Positions 48,930 to 60,100 of a stretch of 64,000 nucleotides of DNA are shown here, in pieces. The notes beneath the pieces were generated by a model. The model was given only the letters and a program-made list of their open reading frames with translations. It had not been told where the DNA came from and did no database searches. The translations under genes were made by a program, and so were the position numbers. Source of the stretch: an uncultured Desulfobacter sp. (lineage in GTDB: Bacteria; Desulfobacterota; Desulfobacteria; Desulfobacterales; Desulfobacteraceae); NCBI GenBank assembly GCA_963665095.1, contig OY762069.1, forward strand, positions 672,001 to 736,000, read 5' to 3'. The first letter of the stretch is position 1. Each line of letters opens with the position of its first letter.

Positions 48930-49724
48930 ATGAAGAGTGATTTTATAATTTCTTATCCGGGTTTCTTTGTTTCCGAGTTCCATGATGAAACCCTGTGGCT
49001 GAAATTCTCTGGAAATTTTTTTCACAACCTGCAATGCTTTGACCGAAACGATTTCCTGCAGGAGTATTTCACCGAACTTGCGGCTGACCGAGAAATCCGC
49101 ACTGTGGTTATGCATTCCGCATTCAGCGAATCGGGCCATGATGAATACCTGCGCTTTTTTCTATTTGACTGCCCGGAACAGGAACTGGGGCATTTCGGCT
49201 TTTCCAACACCATGAACCGTTATGAGCTGCACCGTTTCTGCAACATCGTGGATCAGTCCGTTCTGGCCATCCGGTCCATGGATAAAATGTTTATTCACAT
49301 CTGTACCGGCGACGTTATCGCCTTGTTTATGAATATCTCGTTAAGTTGTGATTATCGCATAATCACCAATGACACAGTTTTTCATAATATCTATCAGGAA
49401 ATAGGCATGCTTCCCAAAGGCGGGGCAGCTTATTTTCTGAGCAAAACCATTGGAGAGGCAAAAGCAAAACAATATCTGCTTCAACGGTATATCTCTTCGT
49501 CGGAGGCCCTGGCTGCCAATATTGCCAATGAAGCTGTTGATCCGAAGGATTTAGAGAACCGGGCAATGGAAGTGGCCAGCTATTACAACAGCCTTGCCCC
49601 TGACACCTTGATGGGAATCAAAAAACTAGCCAATTATAACCAACGTGATTTGAAAGATTATCTGCAATACGAAACAGAACTGATTGTGAAACTTGGCCAA
49701 AAAAAAGGCTTCGGTGAAGAATAA
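48930..49724 (+). CDS. Crotonase-fold (enoyl-CoA hydratase/isomerase-like) protein, atypical
   Basis: SLSCDYRI, EIGMLPKGG, ISSSEALAANIANEAV, IKKL; lacks the usual GGG oxyanion-hole motif. Confidence 0.7.
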   Translation: MKSDFIISYPGFFVSEFHDETLWLKFSGNFFHNLQCFDRNDFLQEYFTELAADREIRTVVMHSAFSESGHDEYLRFFLFDCPEQELGHFGFSNTMNRYELHRFCNIVDQSVLAIRSMDKMFIHICTGDVIALFMNISLSCDYRIITNDTVFHNIYQEIGMLPKGGAAYFLSKTIGEAKAKQYLLQRYISSSEALAANIANEAVDPKDLENRAMEVASYYNSLAPDTLMGIKKLANYNQRDLKDYLQYETELIVKLGQKKGFGEE

Positions 49725-49726
49725 AA

Positions 49727-51193
49727 ATGAATGATACTTTTGATGAAATGGTACCGGAAAGCACACCTCATCCACATAAAAAACAAGAGGAGTTAAGCCT
49801 GAAACAGCAGGTTCTGATAATGACTCCATTGCTTATTGGCGGCTTTATTGCATTGCTGAATGAAACAATTCTAAACGTGGCTTTTCCCCAACTGATGGAA
49901 AGCTTAAACGTATCGCTTGGCACTGTTCAATGGCTTGGTACTGCCTACCTGCTGATAATCGGCATTTTGGTGCCCGTTACTGCTTTTTTGATAAAAACCT
50001 TTCCTACCAAAAAGCTTTACTTGTTTGCAATGCTCTTGTTTTTTACTGGAACAATATTATGCGGCATTGCCCCAAATTTTGCGTTCGTACTGGTTTCAAG
50101 AGTTTTGCAGGGTGCAGGAACCGGGATGCTGCTACCCATTATGATGGATACCATGATGGTTATTTTTCCTCCGGCCAAACGAGGCGCAGCTATGGGGATT
50201 TGCATGATGGTGGTAATTGCCGCGCCGGGCATAGGGCCTACCTTGTCGGGACTTATCCTGCAACACATGGAATGGCGATGGTTGTTTTTCTCAATGCTGC
50301 CTTTTGCCGTTCTTGCAATTGTAACAGGATCTGTTTTCCTGAAAAATTTTTCGACATTGACAAAACCCAGAATTGACGAGCTCTCCATCCTGTTCTCCAC
50401 CATCGGTTTTGGCGGGCTGATATTCGGGCTTGCATCTGTTGAGACATTGGGGCTGAGAAATACTTCGGTGATTGTTTCATTACTGTGCGGGGTTGTCGGG
50501 CTGTTTGTTTTTTCAAAGCGGCAGTTGGCATTGGAAAATCCTATGCTGGAACTGCGGGTATTTCGACACCCTATGTTTGCATTAGGTACAGCCGCTTTGT
50601 TTATATCGTTTATGATGCCTTTTGCCGTAAACATTATTTTGCCAACTTATATGCAGAATGTACTGGGAGTAACTCCGTTTACTGCCGGGCTGGCACTTTT
50701 GCCGGGGGGGGCGTTAAACCTCATCGCCATACCGGCATCCGGACGGGCTTATGACAGAATAGGGGCAAAATCGCTTGTTATGGTCGGCTTTGCAATTTTA
50801 ACCGCTGCAATGTTCTTTTTATCGTGCATTTCCGGAGAAACCGTATTGGCAACACTTATCTCTTTGCAGGTTTTAATGACACTGGGCGTATCATTGATTA
50901 TTACCCCGGCACAAACCAATTCTCTCAACCAGCTTCCCGGAAACGAAATGGTTCACGGAGTGGCCATATTAAATACGGTGCAACAGGTGGCCGCAGCGTT
51001 TGGATCTTCTCTTTTTATCGGATTAATGGGGGCGCATACCGGTCATTTTGAGAAAAGCGCCGTCCCCAATATTTTGCAGCAGCGCCTGCTGACTATCCAG
51101 GGTGCAAATGCGGCATTTACAGCAGCCCTTGTTATGGCGGCCATAGGCTTGATTTTGTCATTTTTTATTAAACGGCGAAACAGATTTGTTTGA
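49727..51193 (+). CDS. DHA2 (EmrB/QacA, LmrB-like) MFS efflux transporter
   Basis: LLNETILNVAFP, RVLQGAG, APGIGPTLSG...WRWLF; about 14 TM segments. Confidence 0.9.
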   Translation: MNDTFDEMVPESTPHPHKKQEELSLKQQVLIMTPLLIGGFIALLNETILNVAFPQLMESLNVSLGTVQWLGTAYLLIIGILVPVTAFLIKTFPTKKLYLFAMLLFFTGTILCGIAPNFAFVLVSRVLQGAGTGMLLPIMMDTMMVIFPPAKRGAAMGICMMVVIAAPGIGPTLSGLILQHMEWRWLFFSMLPFAVLAIVTGSVFLKNFSTLTKPRIDELSILFSTIGFGGLIFGLASVETLGLRNTSVIVSLLCGVVGLFVFSKRQLALENPMLELRVFRHPMFALGTAALFISFMMPFAVNIILPTYMQNVLGVTPFTAGLALLPGGALNLIAIPASGRAYDRIGAKSLVMVGFAILTAAMFFLSCISGETVLATLISLQVLMTLGVSLIITPAQTNSLNQLPGNEMVHGVAILNTVQQVAAAFGSSLFIGLMGAHTGHFEKSAVPNILQQRLLTIQGANAAFTAALVMAAIGLILSFFIKRRNRFV

Positions 51194-51224
51194 AAAAATA
51201 CTTAAGAACAAGAAAGGGGCAAAA

Positions 51225-51863
51225 ATGAAACAAAGCGCACCTTTGGTTATCACGATCAGCCGTCAGTTGGGCAGTGGAGGGGCATATACCGGGCAGCAAC
51301 TTGCCCAAAAATTGAACTTTTATTATGCCGACCGTGAAATTTTAAAAAAAACGGCTTTGCAATTTTCTATTTCAGCAGAGGAGATGGCTTTACAAGACGA
51401 AAAATTACCTTCATTCTGGGACTGCGTGTCAAAAAGCAGCTTTTTGGCCCCCGGGGTTTATATTCCGCCCAGTATGACAGTATCTCCAACCACCGGCAAT
51501 ATATTTGAAGCCGAAAAATCAATTATTAAGCAGATTGCCGATAAAGGCCCTGCCGTTATTATTGGGCGGTGTGGATTTCATATTCTTCGCGACCACCCTA
51601 ATTGTATGAAAATATTTCTGATTAGCGACCGTGAATTCCGCATTCAAAGAGTGAGCGAACTGTATAACATGCCGGAAGAAACTGCCCTGAAAATGATTGA
51701 AAAAAGCGACAGGGAACGAGCATCATACAACAAAACATTTACCGGAAAAGAGTGGGCAGATGCAAGAAATTACGACCTTTCAATAAACACAGGGAAAATT
51801 GGTGTAGACAAAACGATTGGTTTTATTCTGGATTATTTGAAAAATGTTCCGGCAGTGCCTTGA
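51225..51863 (+). CDS. Cytidylate kinase-like family protein
   Basis: VITISRQLGSGG, IIGRCG, DRERASY, YDLSINT. Confidence 0.85.
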   Translation: MKQSAPLVITISRQLGSGGAYTGQQLAQKLNFYYADREILKKTALQFSISAEEMALQDEKLPSFWDCVSKSSFLAPGVYIPPSMTVSPTTGNIFEAEKSIIKQIADKGPAVIIGRCGFHILRDHPNCMKIFLISDREFRIQRVSELYNMPEETALKMIEKSDRERASYNKTFTGKEWADARNYDLSINTGKIGVDKTIGFILDYLKNVPAVP

Positions 51864-51876
51864 AAAGCCAACTTCT

Positions 51877-51922
51877 TTTCAATTGACTTTTTCAAATAAC
51901 TATTTTAAAAAGTCAATTGAAA
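51877..51922. promoter_or_regulatory. Long palindrome, putative TetR operator/promoter
   Basis: TTTCAATTGACTTTTT / AAAAAGTCAATTGAAA 16-bp perfect arms plus inner AAATA/TATTT; contains TTGACT; ends 17 nt before the TetR ATG. Confidence 0.65.
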
Positions 51923-51939
51923 CTAAAAGTAAGGGGAGA

Positions 51940-52626
51940 ATGATGGCCCAGAGAAATAAGAGCATTGAAACCCAGAAAAAAATCCTGGATGCCGCAGCCA
52001 GAATTATCAGTAAAAAGGGGTATCACGCCACAACCGTGGCCGAGATCTGCGAAACGGCCGGCGCAAATATCGCTGCGGTCAACTACCATTTCGGCGATAA
52101 AGAACATCTGTATATTGAGACCTGGAAGAGTGCATTCCAGCACGCCATTGAAGCCTATCCGCCGGACGGCGGAGTGGCCGGGGAGGCAGATATTCCTACC
52201 CGTCTGCGGGGCTGGGCCGTTTCAATGCTCCGGCGGATCACAGATCCTGACTGTTTTGATTTTGAAATGACCCATGCAGAAATGACACACCCCACAGGAT
52301 TGCTTGCGGATGTCATCAGGGAAAATCTCGACAAAATATTCAAGCCTCTGGAAAATATTGTCCGGGAATATCTTGGGCCGGATGCCGATGAAAATGATAT
52401 CCAGCTGTGTACCATGAGTATTCACGCCCAGTGCATGAATCCTGCAATCTTCGGCCTTAGAGATGACCAGCTCTTTCCGCTGCCAGCGCCTCTTACTGCC
52501 GGGCTGGACAGGATTGCAGAACATGTGATCCGTTTTTCCCTGGGCGGCCTTGAGCAGGCAAAATTGGCCGTTCTTAAAGCTGCTTCCGGCGACGGCCAGG
52601 AAAGCTTGTTGAATATCAGGATATAA
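51940..52626 (+). CDS. TetR-family regulator with CerR/YbiH-like C-terminal domain
   Basis: ILDAAARIISKKGYHATTVAEICETAGANIAAVNYHFGDKEHLY; EMTHPTG; SIHAQC; HVIRFSLGG. Confidence 0.88.
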   Translation: MMAQRNKSIETQKKILDAAARIISKKGYHATTVAEICETAGANIAAVNYHFGDKEHLYIETWKSAFQHAIEAYPPDGGVAGEADIPTRLRGWAVSMLRRITDPDCFDFEMTHAEMTHPTGLLADVIRENLDKIFKPLENIVREYLGPDADENDIQLCTMSIHAQCMNPAIFGLRDDQLFPLPAPLTAGLDRIAEHVIRFSLGGLEQAKLAVLKAASGDGQESLLNIRI

Positions 52627-52724
52627 GTCCCGGCCTTACAATCATGCCCAGACAGGAAACCAAAGCTTTTAAATACGGATCACCCTGATCCAGTCTCTTG
52701 AAACCATAAAAAAACAGGACAACC

Positions 52725-53996
52725 ATGCGAATTTTTAAAAACATCGGGTATTTTGTGTTTCTTTCGGCCCTTGTGGCCGCCGGATGGTACATGCGGGGGA
52801 TGATACCCTCCAATCCTTCCATGGGTGGCCCCCCAGGCATGGGTGGCCCTCCTGGCATGGGCGGAGCCGGTGCGCCCGGAGCCAGTGCCCCCCAGGTGAC
52901 CGTGGACCGTGTCGGAGAGGTGTCACAGACCCCGGTCACGGAGTATGTGGGCCATGTAAAAGCGATCCAGGATGTTGATATTTATGCCCAGATTTCGGGA
53001 ACCATCCGGACCGTTCACTTCAGGGAGGGCAGCCTTGTTAAAAAAGGGGATCTTCTTTTCACCATTGACCCCCAAAAGTATGAGGCCCAGGTCCGGGTGG
53101 AAGAGGCCTCGGTGATGCAGGCCAAGGCCCAGCTTGAAAGTGCAGAGGCGGATCTGGCTTATGCCCGGACCTATATGGAGCGACTTAAAACCGCTGAAGT
53201 CCGCAGTGTGGCCAAAACCGATCTGGATAAGGCCCAAAGCGACCTTCTTGTGGCCCAAGCGGCCCTGGAAAAGGCCAATGCCCAGCTGGGCCAGGCCAAA
53301 GCCGATCTGGAGGTGGCACGCATTGATCTTGGCTACACAAAAATCCTTTCCCCCATTGACGGCAAAATCGGCCAGGCCGAACTGACCTGCGGCGACTATG
53401 TCAGCCCCGGGGCAGGCGTTCTGGCAAGCATTGTCCAGACGGCCCCTGTGCGGGTCAGGTTTGCCCTGAGCGACCGGGATTTCATGGAAATAAAGGCAAA
53501 CAGCCCCCTTGCAGACAGCAAAATTCAGCTCAAACTGCCCAACGGCAAAGCGTACAGCGAAACCGGCACCCTTGATTTCTTCGGCAATAAAATGGATGCC
53601 GCCACCGGCACCATTGACGCATTCTTCCGCTTTGACAACACAGGCGGGATGCTGGTTCCGGAAACCTATGTCACCGTACAGATGGGCTGCCAGGGCGCTG
53701 ATTCAGCACTGACAGTGTCCCAGAAAGCGGTGATGACCGATGAAAAAGGCGAATACGTCTATGTACTCAACAAAGAGAGCATAGTGGAAAAACGACCCGT
53801 GACCTTAGGCGATCTTGCCGGAGACAGGCGCATTGTTCTTTCGGGGCTTGCCGCATCCGAACAGGTGATTGTCCAGGGGCTTCAAAAGGTTAAACCCGGA
53901 CAGAAGGCCGCTGTTGCAGCCCGGTCTGACACAGCGGCGCCCGTACCGGTAACCTCGGATGCGTCTCCATCCGGATCTTTTACGCCCAAGTCTTAA
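52725..53996 (+). CDS. RND efflux periplasmic adaptor (AcrA/MexA-like)
   Basis: [42 protein letters not shown]-terminal MGGPPG repeats. Confidence 0.92.
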   Translation: MRIFKNIGYFVFLSALVAAGWYMRGMIPSNPSMGGPPGMGGPPGMGGAGAPGASAPQVTVDRVGEVSQTPVTEYVGHVKAIQDVDIYAQISGTIRTVHFREGSLVKKGDLLFTIDPQKYEAQVRVEEASVMQAKAQLESAEADLAYARTYMERLKTAEVRSVAKTDLDKAQSDLLVAQAALEKANAQLGQAKADLEVARIDLGYTKILSPIDGKIGQAELTCGDYVSPGAGVLASIVQTAPVRVRFALSDRDFMEIKANSPLADSKIQLKLPNGKAYSETGTLDFFGNKMDAATGTIDAFFRFDNTGGMLVPETYVTVQMGCQGADSALTVSQKAVMTDEKGEYVYVLNKESIVEKRPVTLGDLAGDRRIVLSGLAASEQVIVQGLQKVKPGQKAAVAARSDTAAPVPVTSDASPSGSFTPKS

Positions 53997-54009
53997 GGAT
54001 CATGAAATT

Positions 54010-57000
54010 ATGATTTCCCGTATTTTTATTGAACGGCCCAGATTTGCCATGGTGATCGCCATTGTACTGACCATGGCAGGCACGATCTCTTTATTTTCCC
54101 TTCCCATTGAGGAGTACCCTTCAGTGTCGCCGCCGTCGGTTACGGTGAGTGCCACCTATCCCGGGGCCAGTGCCGAAGTGCTTGCCAACACCGTGGGCAT
54201 CCCCCTGGAACAAAAGATCAACGGGGTGGAGAACATGATTTACATGGAGTCCACCTCCAGCAACCAGGGCAGTTACGAACTTACGGTCACCTTTGCCGTG
54301 GGAACAGATGAGGACATAGCCCTTGTCAAGGTGCAGAACCGGGTTCAGCAGGCGGAGTCCCAGTTGCCCTCGGACGTGGTGAATCAGGGTGTAACCATTG
54401 AGTCCCGGATGTCCGGAACCCTTGGCATGTTCGGGTTCATCTCCCCGAACCAGACCCATGATCTTCCCTATATCAGCAACTATGTACACAGCCACATCAA
54501 GGATGCGCTCAAACGGGTCCCGGGCGTTGGCGGCGTCTCAGTGATCGGAAGCGAATACAGCATGCGGGTCTGGCTGGACGCCCCGAAAATGCTCTCCCTG
54601 GGCCTGGACTCCCAGGATATTGTCAGCGCCATTGAAAGCCAGAACATTCAAGCATCCATAGGTTCTGTGGGCAGCTCTCCCACCAATGACACCATCCAGA
54701 TGGTATACACGCTGCAGACCATGGGCCGGTTGAACAGTGCGGATGATTTTTCAAAAATCGTGGTGGCCAAGGGGAAAAACGGTCAGATCGTCCGCCTGGA
54801 AGATGTGGCCAGAATTGAACTTGGAAGAGAGAGTTACAGCCAGACCGCTGTTTTGAACGGCCATCCGGCTGCAGTGATCATCGTGACCCAGACGCCGGGG
54901 TCCAACTCCCTTGAAACCATGAAAGGGGTTGAAGCCCAGCTCGAACACCTGAAAGAAAGCTTCCCCCAAGACCTGGACTATCTTAACTCCTACGATGCCA
55001 CTGCATCCGTCAACGCATCAGTGAATGAAATCGTCTCCACGTTGCTTCTCACCTTTGCCCTGGTGGTTCTGGTCTGCTACATCTTTCTGCAGGACTGGCG
55101 GGCCACGCTGGTTCCCAGCCTTGCCATTCCGGTGTCCCTGATGTCCACGTTCTCGGTTCTTCTGATACTGGGATACAGCCTGAATACCCTGAGTCTTTTC
55201 GCCCTGATCCTTGCCATCGGCGTTGTGGTGGATGATGCCATTGTGGTGGTGGAACGTGTCTATTACCTCATGGAATCAAGAAAAATGGGGCCGAAAGCAG
55301 CCGCCATCCAGGCCATGCAGGACGTCAGCATGGCGGTGGTGGCCACAACCCTTGTACTTCTGGCCATCTTTGTACCCATCGGGTTTGTTTCCGGGCTCTC
55401 CGGGCAGATTTACCGGCAGTTTGCCGTGACCATCAGCACCTCGGTGCTTTTTTCCACGGTGGTGGCCCTGACCTTGAGCCCGGCCCTTTGCGCCATCCTT
55501 TTGCGGGAACACCACCCCCACCATCGCGGGCCGCTTGCATGGTTTAACACGGCCCTGGACAAAAGTCGCAACGCATACGGGAGCATGGCTCTGTGGCTGG
55601 CAAAAAGGCTTGCCGTACCCGTGCTTCTGGTGGCAATGATGGCAGGTCTTTCCTATATCGTCTACCTGACCAGCCAGTCATCCCTGATTCCGGATGAGGA
55701 CAAGGGTGCTGTATTTGTCAATATTCAGATGCCCGAAGGGGCCGCCATCAGCCGTACCCGGGCACTTTCCGAAGATCTTGCCCAACAGTTCCGCAAGGTG
55801 CCCGGTGTCAACAATGCGGTGGCGGCCGCAGGCTTCAGCATGATCGGTGGCAACAGCGAAAACTCAGGCATGGTCATTATCATGCTGGATGACTGGTCCA
55901 GCCGGAAGACACCGGATCTTTCCCTTGACGCCATCATGAAACAATTCCAGGCAATTTCCGCAGGGTACAACCAGGCTGACATCAGCGTGTTTGCACCCCC
56001 GGCCATTATGGGCCTTGGCATCACTTCAGGTCTCTCCTTTTATCTGCAGGACACAAAAGGCCATACGCCAAAAGAGCTGCAGGCAGCGTTACAGATCTTT
56101 CTTAAAGAACTGAACCAGCTGCCCCAGTTTCTGGTGGCCTTCAGCACTTTCTCCGCCGATTCCCCCCATCTCTACCTGGACCTGGATCGTGCCAAGGCCC
56201 AGTCCATGGGGGTGGAGGCAGGCGAAGTATTCAGTGCCCTTCAAAATTACCTGAGCCCCAGATATATCAATGACATCAACATCGGCACCCAGACCAACAA
56301 AGCCATCATCCAGGCGGACTGGACCTTTCGCAAGGTGGCGTCGGATGTGGGGCAGCTTCGGGTGAAAAGCGCCTCCGGCGACCTTATACCGATTTCTGCC
56401 CTTGCCACCCTGCGGCCGGAGAGTAATCCAAGGATGCTCAGACGGTTCAATATGTTCTCAAGTGCGTCCATCACAGGCATTATGGCGCCGGGGACAAGTT
56501 CGGGCACCGCCATTGCCGCCGTGGAAAAACTGGTGAAGGAAAAACTGCCCCAGGGATGGGCCGTGGACTGGTCCGGCATGAGCTACCAGGAAAAACAGAC
56601 CCAGAACCAGGGGGCGGTACTCATCGGCCTTGCCCTGGTGTTTGCCTTTCTGTTTCTGGTGGCACAATATGAAAGCTGGACCATTCCGGTACCGGTGATG
56701 CTCTCCATTGTGGTGGCGGTGACAGGGGCGTTGATCGGGCTTAAACTTACGGGCTTAAGCTTAAGTATCTATGCCCAGCTCGGGCTGATCCTTTTAGTGG
56801 GGCTTGCCGCCAAGAACGCCATCCTCATTGTTGAGTTCTCCAAGGTCCTGCGGGAAGACGGACACAGCATCATTGATGCGGCCTTGCAGGGGCTCAAGGA
56901 GCGATTCAGAGCCGTTCTCATGACGGCATTCACCTTTATCCTGGGAACCCTCCCCATGGTGTTTGCCTCGGGATCGGGTGCTGCCAGCCGGCAGGTGCTG

Positions 57001-57165
57001 GGCGTTACCGTGTGCGCCGGCATGGTGGCGGCCACAGGGGTGGGCATTGCCCTGATCCCTTCCCTGTATGTGCTGTTCCAGGCCATGCGGGAGAGTGTCA
57101 AGGGGTGGGCCGCCGGGTCAAAACAAAGCCCTCAAATACAGATCCATCAGAAACAGGACGATTAG
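54010..57165 (+). CDS. HAE1 RND multidrug efflux permease
   Basis: [64 protein letters not shown] 54010. Confidence 0.95.
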   Translation: MISRIFIERPRFAMVIAIVLTMAGTISLFSLPIEEYPSVSPPSVTVSATYPGASAEVLANTVGIPLEQKINGVENMIYMESTSSNQGSYELTVTFAVGTDEDIALVKVQNRVQQAESQLPSDVVNQGVTIESRMSGTLGMFGFISPNQTHDLPYISNYVHSHIKDALKRVPGVGGVSVIGSEYSMRVWLDAPKMLSLGLDSQDIVSAIESQNIQASIGSVGSSPTNDTIQMVYTLQTMGRLNSADDFSKIVVAKGKNGQIVRLEDVARIELGRESYSQTAVLNGHPAAVIIVTQTPGSNSLETMKGVEAQLEHLKESFPQDLDYLNSYDATASVNASVNEIVSTLLLTFALVVLVCYIFLQDWRATLVPSLAIPVSLMSTFSVLLILGYSLNTLSLFALILAIGVVVDDAIVVVERVYYLMESRKMGPKAAAIQAMQDVSMAVVATTLVLLAIFVPIGFVSGLSGQIYRQFAVTISTSVLFSTVVALTLSPALCAILLREHHPHHRGPLAWFNTALDKSRNAYGSMALWLAKRLAVPVLLVAMMAGLSYIVYLTSQSSLIPDEDKGAVFVNIQMPEGAAISRTRALSEDLAQQFRKVPGVNNAVAAAGFSMIGGNSENSGMVIIMLDDWSSRKTPDLSLDAIMKQFQAISAGYNQADISVFAPPAIMGLGITSGLSFYLQDTKGHTPKELQAALQIFLKELNQLPQFLVAFSTFSADSPHLYLDLDRAKAQSMGVEAGEVFSALQNYLSPRYINDINIGTQTNKAIIQADWTFRKVASDVGQLRVKSASGDLIPISALATLRPESNPRMLRRFNMFSSASITGIMAPGTSSGTAIAAVEKLVKEKLPQGWAVDWSGMSYQEKQTQNQGAVLIGLALVFAFLFLVAQYESWTIPVPVMLSIVVAVTGALIGLKLTGLSLSIYAQLGLILLVGLAAKNAILIVEFSKVLREDGHSIIDAALQGLKERFRAVLMTAFTFILGTLPMVFASGSGAASRQVLGVTVCAGMVAATGVGIALIPSLYVLFQAMRESVKGWAAGSKQSPQIQIHQKQDD

Positions 57166-57205
57166 CGTCAATCCATGAAAAACCATGATTGAAGGAAGAT
57201 ACAAA

Positions 57206-58642
57206 ATGAAGACCATCTATTTTTTACTGGGTTGTGCGCTGGTGCTGGGCGGCTGCATGAGTGTGGGCCCGGATTTTAAAGCAAAAGCCCTGCCTGATCC
57301 GGACTGTTCCGATCTTCTGAACAGCGGTACAGACGGCAGCGGCCGTTCCGGCGCCATTGACGGGGCCGCTCTTTCCGGCTGGTGGACCTGCCTGAATGAT
57401 CCGGTTCTCTCCCAACTCATGGATGAGGCCTTTGCCCAGAATCTGGATCTGCGAGAAGCCCGGGCCAAGGTGCTTGAGGCGCGCAGCCAGCTGGTCATTG
57501 ACCGGGCCGACGGGTGGCCCGAACTGTCTGCCCGGGGCGACTATACAAGGCAGCGCACCTCTGCCAATACAGCAGCCGGGCAAACCGGGGGCGATCTTGT
57601 GACCGGCACCTACAGCGCAGGATTTGACGCAAGCTGGGAAATTGACATCTGGGGCGGGACAAGACGCGCCGTGGAGGCGGCAGAAGCCGATGTCAAAAGC
57701 CAGGAGGCCTCTCTTGCATCGGTGAAGGTTTCCCTTGCCGCCGAACTTGCAAAGGCCTATGTCAAAGTGCGGACCTGCCAGGAGCAGATCCGGGTGACAA
57801 AAAAGAACATCCGTGCCCAGGCCGACACTCTGGAGATGCTGGAATCCAAGCTTGCAGCCGGTTTAAGTGATGAACTGTCCGTGTCCCAGGCCAGATATAA
57901 CCTTGAGGATACAAAATCAGCGCTGCCCCAGATCTACACCGATCTTGAAAGCAGCATAAACAGCATTGCGGTTCTTACAGGACAGATCCCCGGAAGCCTG
58001 CACCAGCGTCTTTCCCCAAAGCAACCGGTGCCGATGCCGCCCTTTGACATCGTGACACAGATCCCCGGCAACACCCTGCGCCAGCGCCCGGACGTGCAAA
58101 AGGCCGAATACGATCTGGCCGCCCAGACCGCCCGGATCGGACAGGCCACAGCGGATCTTTATCCAAGCTTCTCCCTCACCGGGGCCTTTGGCCTCTCCTC
58201 GCTGTCATCGGCCACCTTTTTTGACTCCGACAGCCGGACCTGGAGCCTTGTGCCGGGCCTGACCCTTCCCATATTCAATGCCGGTTCCATCCGGGCCAAC
58301 ATCCGGATACAGGAGGCCAGACAGGAACAGCTGCTTGCCCAGTATGAAGGCACGGTGCTGTCGGCCATAGAAGAGATCCGCAACGCGCTCACGGCATATG
58401 CCCGGGAGCAGCAGCGGCAAAAGGCCCTTGGATCAGCGGTGGCCGCGGCAAAGGATGCCGTAGCCATCTCCCAGGACAAATACCGCAACGGCCTTGTGGA
58501 TTTCGACAATGTCCTGGATGCCCAAAGATCCCTTTGTTTATTTGAAAACAGCCTGGCCGATGCCAAAGGCACAGTGACCCGCAATTTCATCGCCCTTTAC
58601 AAGGCCTTTGGCGGCGGCTGGGCCTGGGGCGACGCGCAATAA
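57206..58642 (+). CDS. NodT/OprM-family outer membrane efflux lipoprotein
   Basis: LGGC lipobox; SWEIDIWG; LRQRPDVQKAE; LYKAFGGGW. Confidence 0.93.
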   Translation: MKTIYFLLGCALVLGGCMSVGPDFKAKALPDPDCSDLLNSGTDGSGRSGAIDGAALSGWWTCLNDPVLSQLMDEAFAQNLDLREARAKVLEARSQLVIDRADGWPELSARGDYTRQRTSANTAAGQTGGDLVTGTYSAGFDASWEIDIWGGTRRAVEAAEADVKSQEASLASVKVSLAAELAKAYVKVRTCQEQIRVTKKNIRAQADTLEMLESKLAAGLSDELSVSQARYNLEDTKSALPQIYTDLESSINSIAVLTGQIPGSLHQRLSPKQPVPMPPFDIVTQIPGNTLRQRPDVQKAEYDLAAQTARIGQATADLYPSFSLTGAFGLSSLSSATFFDSDSRTWSLVPGLTLPIFNAGSIRANIRIQEARQEQLLAQYEGTVLSAIEEIRNALTAYAREQQRQKALGSAVAAAKDAVAISQDKYRNGLVDFDNVLDAQRSLCLFENSLADAKGTVTRNFIALYKAFGGGWAWGDAQ

Positions 58643-58657
58643 GGAGAAAAAAGTCCG

Positions 58658-59872
58658 ATGACGATCCTGCAATTTCCCACAGGGCAACATCTCCCCCCCT
58701 GCCCCAAAAGGCAGGGCGCACCGGGTGAATGTTGCAAAATCCTGTCCAATCTTATCGACCAGAACAGTTCGGGGATCATTTTCCTGGATAAAAACCTTGC
58801 TGTCATTCAGTGGAACCCTGCAGCGGAACGTATTTTTGAATATACAAAAGAAACCGCCGTCACCCTTGCCCCGGCCGACCATCTCTTTGCCCCGGAATGC
58901 CGCAGCATTTTCATGGACCAGGTGGAGGCCCTTGAAAAAGGCAGACACACCGTTGATTTCTCATGCGACTGCATCACAGGCAGCGGCAGGGAGATCGTCT
59001 GCCGCTGGCACGGGTATGCCATGGCAGATACAAAGGGAAATATGGAAGGGGTCGCCTTTCTGGTCAAGGACATCACCGAAGGCGAAAAGATCAGAAAACT
59101 GCTGATCCAGTCGAAAAAGATGATGTGTGTGGGCGGACTTGCCGGCGGCATCGCCCATGATATCCAGAATGCCTTGTCCGGCCTTTTGCAGGCCGCCCAG
59201 CTCATGGACATGAAACTGAATCCGGAAAACCCATGTAACAGCATCACGGCAAAAAAGAACGGAGCCGTCCTGGAAGCCCCTGGTCACCATGCCGGAAACC
59301 AGGATATCCAGAAACTGCTGGATATTATTTTTACCTCAGGCAGGCACATCAACGATGTGATCTGCAATATCATGGATTTTTCCAGGGAGGGTGAACGAAA
59401 ATCCCAGCCCATTGACATGAAGGCCGTGGTTGAAAGCACCATCAATCTGGTGAATTACATTGACGGTCTCAAGGAAAATCCCTTGAAAATCCTGCGGGAA
59501 TACGATTCGGATCTGCCGGTAATCACAGGCACCCCGTCCCTGATCCGGCAGGTGCTGTTCAACCTGTTGAAAAACGGCGTGGACGCGTTGAACGCAAGGC
59601 AGCTCTGCAATGACGCCCCCCGGCTTACAGTCCGCCTGAAAGCCTCAGAAAAGCATCTGTGCATGGAGGTGGAGGACAATGCCGACGGCATGGACACCGA
59701 CACCCTGGCCCGGATTTTTACCCCTTTTTATTCCACAAAGGGAAATGCCGGTTCAGGGCTTGGCCTGTCCATCTCATTGTCTATTATCACCCGGAGCTTT
59801 GGCGGACAGATTGAGGCTGTTTCCCAGCCCGGCAAAGGCTCCTGTTTTACTGTTATTTTACCCACTGCTTAA
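58658..59872 (+). CDS. Cytoplasmic PAS histidine kinase
   Basis: PAS (WNPAAERIFEY); AGGIAHDIQN; QVLFNLLKN; FTPFYSTK; GSGLGL. Confidence 0.85.
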   Translation: MTILQFPTGQHLPPCPKRQGAPGECCKILSNLIDQNSSGIIFLDKNLAVIQWNPAAERIFEYTKETAVTLAPADHLFAPECRSIFMDQVEALEKGRHTVDFSCDCITGSGREIVCRWHGYAMADTKGNMEGVAFLVKDITEGEKIRKLLIQSKKMMCVGGLAGGIAHDIQNALSGLLQAAQLMDMKLNPENPCNSITAKKNGAVLEAPGHHAGNQDIQKLLDIIFTSGRHINDVICNIMDFSREGERKSQPIDMKAVVESTINLVNYIDGLKENPLKILREYDSDLPVITGTPSLIRQVLFNLLKNGVDALNARQLCNDAPRLTVRLKASEKHLCMEVEDNADGMDTDTLARIFTPFYSTKGNAGSGLGLSISLSIITRSFGGQIEAVSQPGKGSCFTVILPTA

Positions 59873-60100
59873 AAAAATGCTGGTATCCATGAGAATAAAG
59901 AAGACACGGGTGCCTGCTGTGGTTACCGATATCGCCTTTTTTAGGAACGAATGAAATGACTGGACGTTCCTCAATAACGGCCATGGGCCGAGCCAGATTT
60001 ATCATGACCCAGACTTCGACCCACAACAAAGATAGAAAGAACTCAGTAACTTACCGAGCTCTTTCATATAAAAAATACGAAACCTATAAAGGGTACAGAA

